Source: Squalus acanthias
Taxonomy: Eukaryota
Length of the DNA stretch: 64,000 nucleotides
NCBI GenBank assembly: GCA_030390025.1
Contig: CM059432.1
Coordinates: forward strand, 137,332,001-137,396,000
Direction of reading: 5' to 3'
This document shows, piece by piece, positions 1-11,519 of this stretch. The position numbers and the translations under genes were made by a program. A model generated the notes under the pieces. That model did not search any database and had not been told where the DNA came from. It was given only the letters and a program-made list of their open reading frames with translations. How positions within the stretch are numbered: the stretch's first letter is position 1; each line of letters begins with the position of its first letter.

Positions 1-1392
1 ACACAGGATGACAGAGAGTTGCAGGCCAATGGCAGCTGCTCGTTGAGGGCAGTTGTACCCTACCCGGCTTTAGAGAGTTCCTTCTCCTCTTCCCTGTATG
101 GCAGAAGAAACATCAGGGGAAGACACCAAGCACCTCAACTAGCATAACTGGCACTTCAGCTCACTCGGGCAAACACCATCATAGAACCATCCACCCCATA
201 GGTTGGAGGTAGTGGGATTGAGGGCAGCACATTGGGTGATGCACGGAGCACAGGTGAGCAGGAGCAGGTAGAAGCCTTTTGCTGGAGGGCAAGGTCACTT
301 CCATCCACAGCTGATGAGTGTAAGAATATAGATACGTTTTTACATTGTTTTAATACAGAATGAAGACAGAACAGCTAATGTCGGCAGAATTGGTTTAAGC
401 GGCATACAGACAGATCTTTTGATCACATTGACACTGCGATAACATTGGAGAAGGAAGAAACTTTAGACAATGGAACAAGGTATTGACCAGGATACGCCCC
501 TATGTTTGTGTGTGTTCAGCAATCTTGTTTGATGACCTAAGGGTCATAAATCGCCCAACAAAGTTAAACTCAACTAGAATTGGACAATATATGATTGTTT
601 TTTAAAATAATATAAAAGAGGACTGCAAAGCTTCAATCACTTAGGAACTTTAGTGAGGTACCATGAATGGCTTTTGATCGACAATCGCTCACAATTCCTG
701 CCTATACTCCTCTGTATGTAGTCTTAAAATGAAAGTTATGAAAGAATAATAAATCAAGTTCCTGGTCAGACATATTACGGTCGCTAGCTTTTACAAAGCT
801 GTTAATAAAAGGATAAAGATTATCCCAACAGTGAGGACAGGGATCTGGGTCTCTGAGACTCAGGAGGATGCTTTCTGAGCACAGAGATTGTTGGAGTCAT
901 TAGGGACCATGCCTAGCAGCTTCTAACCCAAAAGCAGTTGGTGCAATGTAACAATTTGTTTCTGTAAATCAGTCAGATTGAATTGCAATGTTTATGATTG
1001 AACGTCAAATGTTTCCTGTTGTCAGTGACAAGTGACTGACAATACAATGGTTAAAAACTGTTCCTTAAACTCAACAACTGACAATTCGGTTTCACTTGTG
1101 ATTAACATTAGTACTAAACATGTCAAAATTTATTTTTCCGTACTCTGAATGTGTATATTTTAAAGACAGTTGCTCCGAAATAAATTTATTTTACAAGTAA
1201 CAAGATTATAGATCATGGTAATTCTGCCAGTGACATCACAATGGGGGAGGGGGATGGGGTGGGGGTAAGGTGATGAAAGCATCCACAAGTATCCCATTGC
1301 ACCAGATTCCCACCTCCCAAAATCCCACCATTTCTAGGCTCCTGTTTTGAACTGTGTGATCTGACAACCTGAATAACTGATGTAGTATAGAC

Positions 1393-2213
1393 CAGTGGTT
1401 CGTGAACTGGGCGTCTGTAGAGATTTTCCAGGGGTTCGCGCGAAATAATGTCGAAGTGCGGCCGGAGACGGGCTTGGTGTGAGCCGGGAGGCGGGAGCAG
1501 AGTGCGGCCGCCACATGTGCAGCGCAGTGTGGGCTGGCTGTCTCACCTAAGAGGGGGAGATGTCTGAAGGTTGTAAACCCATTTTGAATCAATTCCCAAA
1601 TTGTTGCTTAACAACAAAATAGCTTTCCTAGTTGTCCAGGCTAAAAAAAAATAGAATGCTTAGCTTCAGGTTGCAGTTTGGAGACCATCCCTTAAATCTG
1701 AGGGGTACGGCTAAAAGTTTAATCAGTTCGCAAGTCTCTTCCCTGGATAAAATGCTATGCTATTTTACAAGGAAGGAAAACAGACCGATTCAGCTAACCC
1801 ACAAGAAGAACCCTCTTTACAACAGATCACAGGCACAATGCAATGACACAAAGTAGTGTCTGGCCAAAATCATACCACCTTCTAAACACAGTTCGAACTG
1901 AGTGTCCTTAGCATTGCTATACCCCAACATTTTCAGGAAATATGGTGGTAGAGTTTAAGCTGTGGACACTTTCCCTCCCTCTCCTGGGGAAAAACATCAC
2001 ACCAAGGATAGACAGACTCTGCTGTGAGAAGCAGGCTCGCTGATATCTGTAAGTAAATACCTGTTTACTTAAAAGCATTATTAAAACACTCTTTACATGC
2101 AGCACTTTCATATTATGAGTATTATACAGTATTGTAATTTAGATGGGGGGGTTCCGTGATTACTAATCCATTTGAAAAGGGGTCCTTCAACCAAAAAAGT
2201 TTGAGAACCACTG
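1393..2213. mobile_element. Non-autonomous hAT (Charlie-like) DNA transposon
   Basis: Termini CAGTGGTTCGTGAACT ... AGTTTGAGAACCACTG form an imperfect TIR of the CAGTGGTTCTCAAAC type. Flanked by gtatagac (1385-1392) and ttatagac (2214-2221), a 7/8 match 8-bp TSD resembling the NTMTAGAN Charlie target. Confidence 0.75.
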
Positions 2214-2461
2214 TTATAGACTGCTTTTCGATTGTTACTGTGCCTGGAATTTACTGGGTTTATCTCTGACTATAACTGGTGAGAAATGGCAGCTTCGCAA
2301 CTCAGACCTGCACAGGGAATCAAGATGGTTTCTAGATAACAGCAGATCGACAGGAGAAGGAGATATCCTATCAAAAGGGCCACTAAACTCATGTGGTCTT
2401 TTTTCTATATTTTTCAGAATAAAGTTAATTTTATGGTTACTAATGATTCTATAATTTACCA

Positions 2462-3040
2462 TGTCAGCCATGTCTCAGTGGGCAGCACTCGTGGGCAATG
2501 TTCTCCCTAATTTTTGGGGGGGTGCACGGCTGATTCACAGTTTCGTGCATGCACGAAACTTAACATTGGAAAAGCTGGTCCCGGATTGCACGGGAGCGGC
2601 AGAGAGCTGCGCGCCACGCAGATTAGAGGGAATGTTGGTCGTGGGTTCAAGTCCCACTCCAGAGACTTGAGCACAAAATCTAGGCTGACACTCCAATGCA
2701 GTGCTGAGGGAGTGCTGCAATGTCGGAGGCGCCATCTTTCTTAAGTTAAACTGAGACCCCGTCTGCCCTCTTGGATGGACGTAAAAGATTTCATGACACT
2801 ATTCCATGGAGAGCAGCAGTTCTCCCGGCCAACATTTATCCCTCAACTAAAACCTAAAAGAGATGATCAGGTCATTTATTTCATTGCGGTTTGTGGGAGC
2901 TTGCTATGCGCAAATTAGCTGCTGCATTTCCTACATTACAACAGCAACTGCACTTCAAAAGTACTTCATTGGCTGTAAAGAGCTTTGGAACATCCTGAGG
3001 TCATGAAAGGTGCTGTATAAATGCAAGTCTTACTTTTTTT
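2462..3040 (+). mobile_element. tRNA-derived Deu-domain SINE (SacSINE1-like), interrupted by a hAT MITE
   Basis: tRNA-like head (tgtcagccatgtctcagtgg ... gggttcaagtccc), central gtaaaagat...ggcc..tttatccctcaac block and L2-like tail gtataaatgcaagtc. Many further copies occur in the window. Confidence 0.75.
2496..2637. mobile_element. Short hAT-type MITE inserted in the SINE head
   Basis: TIR caatgttctccctaat / attagagggaatgttg. 8-bp flanks ctcgtggg (2488-2495) and gtcgtggg (2638-2645). Confidence 0.7.
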
Positions 3041-3299
3041 TCCCCACTGGAAGCAAAAGGAGGAAGCCAGCTAATTCCAGTGGAGAGAAGCTGCAATCCT
3101 ACCCAGTGACCCTACAATCCAACCCGAACAATGAATTGTGGAAGCTATTTCCTCTGTGGGCTTTGTGCAGTGAGATCATAAAGATGTTCTTTGTACAAAT
3201 GATTACCATTTTGCTACACATACCATTGATATTTGACTGCCCTCACAGCATTGTGTTTTGCAAGGGCTTGCCAAGCCACTGGAGGAAGTGCTGGATAGA

Positions 3300-3655
3300 A
3301 CAACAACAACAACTTGCATTTATACAGCGCCTTTAATGCAGTCAAACATCCCAAGGCCTTTCACAGAGCGTTATCAAACAAAATTTGACACAAAGCCACA
3401 TAACGCGATATTAGGACAGATGACCAAAAGCTTAGTCAAAGAGAGAAGTTTTAAAGGAACATCTTAAGGAGGAGAGAGAGATTGAGAGGCGGAGAGGTTT
3501 AAGGAGGGGATTTCAGAGCTTGGGGCCTAGGCAGCTGAAGGCACTGCTGTCAATGGTAGAGCAATGGATTTCGGGGATGCGGAAGACGCCAGAATTGGAG
3601 GAGCGCAGAGTTCTCGGAGGGTTGTAGGGCTGGAGGAGGTTACAGAGATAGGAAG
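3300..3655 (-). mobile_element. L2-clade LINE 3' end fragment
   Basis: (caa)n tail plus sequence matching the L2 copy at 29292-29945 that encodes ...GGRAF..PKLWNSLP..KTYLFDQAF. Confidence 0.8.
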
Positions 3656-3897
3656 CTGAAATGGGTTAGAGGGAGCACAGAAAGCAACCAGGGGCAAGTT
3701 CCTCTGCCCCACAGGAGTGTACTTTGGTGCTGAAATTCCACAGGTCGTGATCCCAGTGGCTAGTTCACCAGGTCAGCAGGAGGTCACCTCATTTTTATGG
3801 GTCAGGCAAGTGGAAGAGCGACTTCAGGCCCATCTCTGGCACCTGCCTGCTGGAAAACTGTGGCGCTCCCCCAACCATGTGGGGAATGGGTGAGCAC

Positions 3898-4106
3898 TGA
3901 CATGAATCTTGTATGAAGTAATACTGGGCGGCCTGCTGGTGGCGCTGTCCAGGGAGAGTATAAATACTCGGGCATGGGTCCAGCTTGCTTAGGACATTCC
4001 TCAACAGGAACTAGTGAAGGACACAACTAGATCTCCATGTTGGAAAACAGTTGATTAAAGCTTTGTTTAACACTTAGACCAAGTGCCTCGTAGTTTTCGT
4101 ACGTCA
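3898..4106 (+). mobile_element. Solo LTR (209 bp)
   Basis: TGAC...GTCA inverted termini, internal TATAAATA and ATTAAA, perfect 5-bp TSD agcac (3893-3897 / 4107-4111). Homologous to 22745-22977. Confidence 0.85.
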
Positions 4107-4111
4107 AGCAC

Positions 4112-4260
4112 CACAGCACTGTGGGAGCACCTTCACCACACGGACTGCAGCGGTTCAAGAAGAAGGCCCACCGCCACCTTCTCAAGGGCAACTAGGGATG
4201 AGCAATAAATGTCGGCCTTGCGAGCAACACCCACATCCCGAGAATGAATTAAAAATAAAG
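4112..4260 (+). mobile_element. LINE 3' tail fragment (same family as 41690-42220)
   Basis: gactgcagcggttcaagaag...ccaccttctcaagggcaactagggatg...aataaatg is shared with 42100-42215. Confidence 0.7.
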
Positions 4261-4596
4261 GTCAGCCAGCTGCAAAGCTGTGCCGTCAGTTGTCAAAGAC
4301 ACCTGCAGCTAGCATGCACCATACAGTGGGCACTGCCAATGGCAGTAATGGTCAGCCCCGCTCCGGAACCCTCTTTCGCTGCCTTCTTCCAGTGACACTG
4401 CAATGTGCTGTCCTAGGTGGAGAGTGCCCTGGAATAAAAAACACAGCCACTCCTCTGTTTCCCCCCCCACCCCCTCATTCTGCCTCTACCATCTCCAGAT
4501 TCAGCGCTTGGCCACAGACTCAGTTTCCTGTCTTCATTGTGCTAACCACAAGCTTTCAACAGGCATTTCTGTTACTCAAACAACCTTTGCAAACGC

Positions 4597-5090
4597 TAAT
4601 CATAGAATCACACAGCACAGAAGGAGGCCATTCAGCCCATCGTGTCTGTGCTGGCTCTTTGAAGAAGCTATTCAATTAGTCCCACTCCCCTACTCTTTTC
4701 CCACATAGCCCTGCAAATTTCTCCTTTTTAAGTATTTATCCAATTTCCTTTTGAAAGTTACTATTGAATCTGCTTCCACCGCCCTGTCAGACAGTGCGTT
4801 CCCGATCATACCAACTCTCTGCATAAAAAAAAATTCTCCTCATCTCCACCAGGATTTTTTGCCAATGACCTTAAATCTGTGTCCTCTGGTTACCGACCCT
4901 CCTGCCAGTAGAAACAGTTTCTCCCTATCTACTCTATCAAAACCCCTCAGAATTTTAAACACCTCCATTAACTCTCCCCTTAACCTTCACTGCTCTAAGA
5001 AGAACAATCCCAGCTTCTCTAGTCTCCATTGAAGTCCCTCCTCCCTGGTACCATTCTAGTCTACATTCCTCCACGTCCTCTCCAAGGCTA
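4597..5090 (-). mobile_element. CR1 LINE 3' fragment
   Basis: CR1 3' hairpin/tail (catagaatca..cagcacagaaggaggccattc) and degenerate RT C-terminal coding sequence. Confidence 0.8.
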
Positions 5091-5233
5091 CGATTAATGC
5101 TTTTAAATTAAATGCTTTTGTAAAGGCTACCAACTTATTTATTCCCACGTGAAGCCACTTACCTTAACCTGGTGAAAGCAGCTATCCACATGATGTTTTT
5201 CTAGCAGTCTCTGTGGCTTAGATGCATGCACAT

Positions 5234-5488
5234 TAGGTTGTCAACTCTGGTTGGACGTGTTCTTGGAGGTTTCATCACGTGACCTCCCGCCTTCAACCTC
5301 CCCGCCTGGTCAAACAGACTATTTTTCCCATTTCCAATATTCTTATAACAAGTGTTCGAAGAAAATGAAAAAAAACCACATTATTTTTAATGCCCCTGTG
5401 ATTTTTCTCCCAGGTTACTCGCAGCAGTGTCCAGAATAGGAATTCCTGGAGACTCCAGGACAATCCTGGAGGGTTGGTGGCATCCCTA
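5234..5488. mobile_element. hAT (Tip100-like) MITE family with TAGGGTTGCCA-type TIR
   Basis: Ends taggttgtcaac ... ggtggcatcccta, flanks atgcacat / atgcaatt. Related copies at about 15238-15420, 45333-45707 and 49436-49785. Confidence 0.65.
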
Positions 5489-5815
5489 ATGCAATTCCCC
5501 ACACACCGCCCCCCCACCCCCCCGCACCTCCGATCACAATATAACTATACACTATGCAATGCCCTAAGCTTTAGCCTTCTGGTACAACTGAACAAATTAA
5601 GTGTCACTTCTACCTCCCGCGGTAGGTCAGTGAGATTTTTCAGTGAGTAGCAACACATAGCAAGAAGGTGCCACGTTTGATCTCTGATCTGCGCTGGAGT
5701 TAGCTACTCTGAGCTGGGGCAGTGCACAAGCATTAAAATTGGTCTCAGTATCCTTGGGTTACGGAGGAGATTCTGACCACGGTCTTACGCCTGATGGTGG
5801 CGCCCCGCTGCTGGA

Positions 5816-6670
5816 AGTCATAGAGTCATAGAGTTATACAGCACAGAAAGAGGCCCTTCGGCCCATCGTATCCACGCCGGCCATTAAGCCCTGTCTATTC
5901 TAATCCCATTTTCCAGAACTTGGTCCGTAGCCTTGTATGCTATGGCGTTTCAAGTGCTCATCTAAATGCTTCTTGAATGTTGTGAGGGTTCCTGCCTCTA
6001 CCACCCTTTCAGGCAGTGAGTTCCAGATTCCAACCACCCTCTAGGTGAAAAAGTTTTTCCTCAAATCCCCTCTTAACCTCCTGCCCCTTACCTTAAAATT
6101 ATGCCCCCTGGTTATTGACCCCTCTACTAAGGGGAAAAGTTCCTTTCTATCTACCCTATCTATGCCCCTCATAATTTTGTACATCTCAATCAGGTCGACC
6201 CTCAGCCTTCTCTGCTCTAAGGAAAACAACCCCAGCCTGTCCAGTCTCTCTTCATAGCTGAAGCGCTCCAGCCCAGGTAACATCCTGGTGAATCTCCTCT
6301 GCACCCTCTCCAATTCAATCACATCCTTCCTATAGTGTGGCGACCAGAACTGCACACAATATTCCAGCTGTGGCCTAACTAGCGTTTTGTACAGCTCCAT
6401 CATAACCTCCCTGCTCTTATATTCTATGTCTCAGCTAATGAAGGCAAGTATCCCATATGCCTTCTTAACCACCTTATCTAACTGTCCTGCTGCCTTCAGG
6501 GATCTATGTAAATGCACACCAAGGTCCCTCTGATCCTCTGTCCTTCCGAGGGTCCTACCATTCATTGTGTATTCCCTTGCCTTGTTAGTCCTCCCAAAAT
6601 GCATCACCTCACACTTTTCAGGGTTAAATTCCATTTGCCACTGTTCTGCCCATCTGACCAACCCGTCTAT
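5816..6670 (-). mobile_element. CR1 LINE 3' fragment (RT C-terminus)
   Basis: ORFs 6431-6661 and 6041-6403 encode WQMEFNPEKCEVMHFG ... LYKTLVRPQLEYCVQFWSPHY..., followed by a (catagagt)n tail. Confidence 0.9.
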
Positions 6671-6954
6671 AGGCCCACATGGACAACGAATGAGGAGGAC
6701 CAGGTTTTAGGCCCAGCTGATATTCCCCACCCCCTCATCAAATAGCTCAGCAAACAAACAGTGTTCAAGCTTATACATTGAAGAATGACCAATTGAATGC
6801 GATATCGAGGACAAACAGTGACAGCGGAATATTACTCCAGCATAGATTCGAAGTATTCAGCTGAGGAGCAGAGGAAAGAGCAAATTTGCAAAGAGGAAAA
6901 AATTCTATTAAAAAAAATAACTTCTTTAACTGGAGTGATAATGGTTTACTTTCC

Positions 6955-7145
6955 ATCCTGAAATACTATTGGATATGTACTTGAGAAGGAAAAATATTGG
7001 ATATATACTTGAATTGGATAAAATTTGCAGGGCTATGGGGAAAGCGTAGGGGGAGTGGGGCTAATTAGATAGCTCATTCAAAGAGCCGGCACAGGCACGA
7101 TGGGCCGAATGGCCTCCTTCTGTGCTGTATGATTCTATGATCATA
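6955..7145 (+). mobile_element. CR1 3' tail fragment
   Basis: ttgcagggctatgggga...gggccgaatggcctccttctgtgctgtatgattctatgat. Confidence 0.75.
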
Positions 7146-8143
7146 ATCATTCTTTTGTTTCGTTATGCTGCACAGTGGCGATCCGTTGCATTTTTTTCAG
7201 GATTCACATTCATGCCCACAACTTGTACCAAGTTCTGAGTTCAGTTGTCCGGTCACTGAGTAGAAACGAGGAAACGTTGCCCGAGCCTGCCCCTGTAGGC
7301 CGTTCTCCTGCATCTCTCATCATCAAGCTTAAGAGTGATATCCGCTGAGGCATGGGATCGGCGAAATCGTCGCAGGGCCGGGACTGAATCTGGGATCTTT
7401 CTGATCTGCACGTCTTGGATTTGCCCAGAAAGCCATTGGAGAAGTGCACGGGTCAGAAAGGAGGGAAGAAAAAGGGGGAAAAAATAAGAAACGGAAACAA
7501 ATAAAAAGGGTGAAGGAAAAACAATTGGAATATTTCCACCTGATTCGGCTGTGTCAGCCTCCGTTTTGAGACATCAACACGCATCACTTACTAAGATGCA
7601 AGAGCTTGGAATCAATTGGCCGGCAATACTGAAAACTTTTCTCTCACACACAGCACAGCTATTCAGGCAATCGTAAGTTAACATTTCAGTCTAAGGATAT
7701 ACACGAGAATAAATATTGAAAATGTTGTGGTTTCTGTGCTAAATACTACACTGTGTCCTTTCCTTTGCCTTGGAAATTCTATGCAATGCCAAATGCTGAC
7801 CCATGTCCTCCTCACAGCAGGTTGTTTAGTGAACCTCAGTATTCTGCTGACAGCCCCAATAAACAAGTACACGCTTCTCTTCCTGGAGGTATCCTTTGAC
7901 AGCCCAGGGCGGCAGCTGGTCTGAATCATAGTCCCATGCTGTCCCCTAATGTCCACTTCCTGTACACTGTCGCAGCTTCAGCCCATTATGCTTGCTCCTA
8001 AATACCTAACACCGCTACCCAGCAAACTCTTCTGCCTTTGGCTCTAGTAAGTTAATAGCCTGTTCGCGATAACATAAAATGGGTTTGTGGTGAATATTAC
8101 AAGATTACCATCTCACTCGCTGCGCCTCACCCAGTTTTCCCGC

Positions 8144-8461
8144 TCACACGTTGGTGCAGCTAGTGGACGGCACAATGTCTGTTCGCGTTCGATATTCCTT
8201 GCCGTCGTTTAAGGGGGAGGTGCTGCAGATTTTACATTTGAAGACTTGCTGATAGGACTTCCTGAAATTTTCCGATAGGAAAGCGTAAATGATGGGATTG
8301 ACGGATGAGTTACTGTAAGCCAGGCAGTGCGCGGCAATCCGGAATACAAAGGAGGCATCGGTGAGCGGGAAGTTCCCAAACTCAGTCCACATGTTGATCA
8401 CGTGATTCGGCAGCCAGGAAATGCAGAAGACTACAATCACCACCAACACCGTCTGGGCAGT
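8144..8461 (-). CDS. GALR1: Galanin receptor type 1, coding exon 3 (TM6-TM7-C tail, 105 aa + stop)
   Basis: Acceptor TTTTTGTTCCCCCTAG|ACT, phase 0. Encodes TAQTVLVVIVVFCISWLPNHVINMW...AHCLAYSNSSVNPIIYAFLSENFRK...PSTSCTNV*, with the NPxxY motif and a GALR1-type C-terminus. Confidence 0.93.
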   Translation of the reverse strand, partial: TAQTVLVVIVVFCISWLPNHVINMWTEFGNFPLTDASFVFRIAAHCLAYSNSSVNPIIYAFLSENFRKSYQQVFKCKICSTSPLNDGKEYRTRTDIVPSTSCTNV

Positions 8462-8587
8462 CTAGGGGGAACAAAAAGAGAACAAGGAACGTTTCTTTGC
8501 TACTTGTCATCAATCAGTGTTTCTTTTCATTCTTTCTCTTGTGCATCCCCTTCATCCCGCCACTGGCAGCCGTGCATTCAGCTGTCC

Positions 8588-8882
8588 ACAACAACAACAA
8601 CAACTTGCCTTATATAGCGCCTTTAATCGAGTAAAACATCACAAGGCGTTTCACAGGACCGTTATCAGATAAAAATTTGACCCTAAGCTCTGGAATTCCC
8701 TACCTGAACCTCTCCGCCTCTCTCTCCTCCTTTACGTGGCTCGTTAAATCCTACCTCTTTGACCAAGCTTTTGGTTACTTGTCCCAATGTCTCCTTCTTC
8801 GGTTCAGTGTCAATCTCTGTCTGATTACGCTCCCGTGAAGTGCCTTGGGACGATTTACTATGTTAAAGGCGCTATATAAATG
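8588..8882. mobile_element. Two L2 3' tails in opposite orientation (- then +); the + tail is completed at 9387-9410
   Basis: (caa)n ttgccttatatagcgcc on one side and ggcgctatataaatg|caagttgttgttg on the other. Confidence 0.7.
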
Positions 8883-9386
8883 TTCCGTGTTCTCGCTCAG
8901 GTCAACATCCCCAGCATCGAAGCATTGACCACGCTCGATCTGCTCCGATGGACGGGCCACACCGTCCGCACGCCCGATACGAGACTCCCAAAACAAGCGC
9001 TCTACTCGGAGCTCTGACACGGCAAGAGAGCCCCAGGTGGGCAGAGGAAACGCTTCGAGGACACCCTCAAAGCCTCCTTGGAAAAAGTGCAACATCCCCA
9101 CCGACACCTGGGAATCCCTGGACCAGGACCGCACAAAGTGGAGGAGAAGCATCCGGGAAGGCGCTGAACACCTCGGGTCTCTTCGCCGGGAGCAAGCGGA
9201 AGCCAAGCGCAAACAGCGCAAGGAGCGCACGTCAACCCAAGCACCCCACCCACCCGCCCCTTCAACCAGCGTCTGCCCCACCTGTGACAGAGACTGTAGG
9301 TCCCGCATTGGACTCATCAGTCACCTGAGAACACATTTTTAGTGTGGAAGCAAGTCATCCTCGGTTCCGAGGGACTGCCTAAGAAG
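8883..9386 (+). mobile_element. RTE-clade LINE, 5'-truncated
   Basis: Encodes ...LRWTGH..RLPKQALYSEL..GGQRKRF.DTLK...CPTCDRDCRSRIGLISHLRTH (terminal C2H2) and ends in an (aag)n tail. 9-bp TSD atataaatg at 8874-8882 / 9387-9395. Confidence 0.88.
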
Positions 9387-10145
9387 ATATAAATGCAAGT
9401 TGTTGTTGTGTTGTTCTCTCTCTTCCTCCTCTCTCCCACCGGTTAAACTAACGTTCTAAAGCTAGGCTCTACATTGCCTTCTTCTCAAGTATTCACCAAA
9501 ACATTTCGCCCCGTTTAAAGAAAGAAAGAACTTGCATTTATATAGTGCCTTTCACAACCCCAGGACGTCCCAAAGCGCTTCACGGCCAATGAAGTACTTC
9601 TGAAGTGTAGTCACTGCTGTAATGTAGGAAAATTCTATCTAATCTTTATTTCATTAAATAAAAATTGAAAATCGTATTTGTAGAGGGAAAAACTTGCAAA
9701 TTGTGCCATACAATGGCTATTTCCCATGTGAGCCACCGATAGCATTTAGCAGAAAAACAGAGGAGAGGCTACTGGAAGCTGAGCATCAATGGCAAAATGC
9801 CACATTTCAGCATACGACTCTCAGAAATGGCATGTTTCATCACAAGATTAGTCGTTTCTTTTAGTATTTATAAATCAGTTCACAAACACGAGGGACCTTT
9901 TTAAACAAACACTCAAAGAGAAAGGCCACAGCAGGGCTTTATTCTCCAATATTCCCAAGATCAAGGTATTTTTTATCTCATTTATATTGTATCTTGCATT
10001 CAGCACCACAGCGAACAATTATTGTCACAGCTTAAATGGTCAAGACCCTATATTAAGAATAATCTTTTAACCCTTCTAAATAAGGCTGTTTCAAATTAAC
10101 TGTACTGGTTATCAGAACGTCCCCACTCCTGCAAGGACCGAGAGA

Positions 10146-10327
10146 AATGTAGAATTACATCAAGCCTACAGCACAGAAACAGGCCATTCGGCCCAACTGG
10201 TCTGTGCCGGCATTTATGCTCCACACGAGCCTCCTTCCATCCCTTTTCATCTAACCCCATCTTCAACACATATTCCTTTCTCCCTCATGTGCTTATCTAG
10301 CTTCCCCTTCAATGCATCTATGCTATT
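10146..10327 (-). mobile_element. CR1 3' fragment that is the target of the Gypsy insertion (continues 15023-15075)
   Basis: Joining aatgcatctatgctatt to cacctcaactactccatgtggtagc reconstitutes the sequence seen intact at about 55634-55680. Confidence 0.85.
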
Positions 10328-10447
10328 TGTAATGGAGCCACCTGGTGGACTACTGATGTACATAATAATAAAGCCATGAGCAGTACAGTTCTGACCGGAA
10401 GCCATGTTGTGCTGTTGTATATATATGCTGTGTCTCAAGATATCACA
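10328..10447 (+). repeat. 5' LTR (120 bp)
   Basis: tgtaatggagcc...aataaagcc...gatatcaca, a direct repeat of 14919-15022. Confidence 0.93.
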
Positions 10448-10451
10448 GAAT

Positions 10452-10470
10452 TGGCAATGAGGATGCGATT
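10452..10470 (+). promoter_or_regulatory. Primer binding site, tRNA-Ser(GCU)-like
   Basis: tggcaatgaggatgcgatt vs the recalled complement of the tRNA-Ser(GCU) 3' end, TGGCGACGAGGATGGGATT. Three mismatches, two explicable by CpG decay. Confidence 0.7.
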
Positions 10471-10639
10471 GCGCATTCCCTAGCTGACATTTTTGTTGGA
10501 GGATAATCCTGCCAACCGACGGAGGGACTGTTAGAGGTTCTTCGTTTTGCAGAAAAACTTAAAAATCCGAGTTAAATTTCGAGCACACACAGCTGAATAT
10601 TGACGTTGCCAGAGTCCAGATAGCCGCCCTTCTGAGAAT

Positions 10640-11400
10640 AATAGGGCGCTTGGGTGAGTTCCATCGTGACCGAGAGACTTTCGGAGCGGCTAGAAATGTT
10701 TTTCACCGCGAATAGTATTGTCAAAGTCTCCGATGATGTAAACCATAACCGGGCAGTTTTAGAAATGAAGCGGGCTCTTTGTTTGACTGAAGCAGGCCCC
10801 GAGGTGTATGAAACCCTGAAAAATGTGTTTGTTCCTGCCAAGCCGAAGGACATGCTACTGAAGGAGAACCTAACCAAGTTACAACAGCACCACAGTCCTG
10901 AGCCCCTGAAATTGCTGAAAGTTATTGTTTTGGAACACGTGATCAATTAAATGACGAGGGTATCTGTGAGTACATTGTAGCTTTAAAAAAGCTACCCATG
11001 CACTGTCATTTCGGAAACTTTCAGGACTGAGCTTTGCGTGACCGCTTTGTTTGTGGGTTGAAAAATGAATGTATCAGAAGTAAATTGTTGACCACCCCTA
11101 ACTTGACTTTTGACTTAGCTTGTCAGACAGCTGTGTCGAAAGATATGGTCGACGATACTCCCGAGAGTTCCGCGCCATTGCCAGTCGTCAGACAACCGAG
11201 GTGAATCGGCTGCAGGCTAAAAGTAAAAGGCAGTTGGGCCCCAAGGCCTCAGCAACTGGCAAGTAACAGTGCATTGAAGTCGTGCTATCGGTGCCTGGGA
11301 CAACTCATCGCTCAAAGCTGTCCATATGTGAAGGCAGAGTGTTTCTACTGCAAGAAAACTGGGCATCTTGCAAAGGCATGCCAATAGAAGAGTAAACTGA
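10640..11400 (+). pseudogene. Gypsy gag remnant with two zinc knuckles
   Basis: ERLEMFFTAN..., LRDRFVCGL-like segment near 11035, CYRCLGQLIAQSC and CFYCKKTGHLAKAC at about 11283-11381. Contains stops and frameshifts. Confidence 0.8.
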
Positions 11401-11519
11401 CTGGCAATGCTAGAAGTAGAAATCGCCAGACACTACATACCGTTGAAGAGAAGCAGCAGGAAGAGGAGTTTCTGGAGATTCACGTCATCAGGAGCACGAA
11501 GGTATCTAACAGCGATTCG

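Noticed and set aside
2462..2670. tRNA genes at SINE heads (also about 34795, 49220-49297)
   Set aside because: A/B-box-like motifs belong to SINE heads and form no complete cloverleaf.
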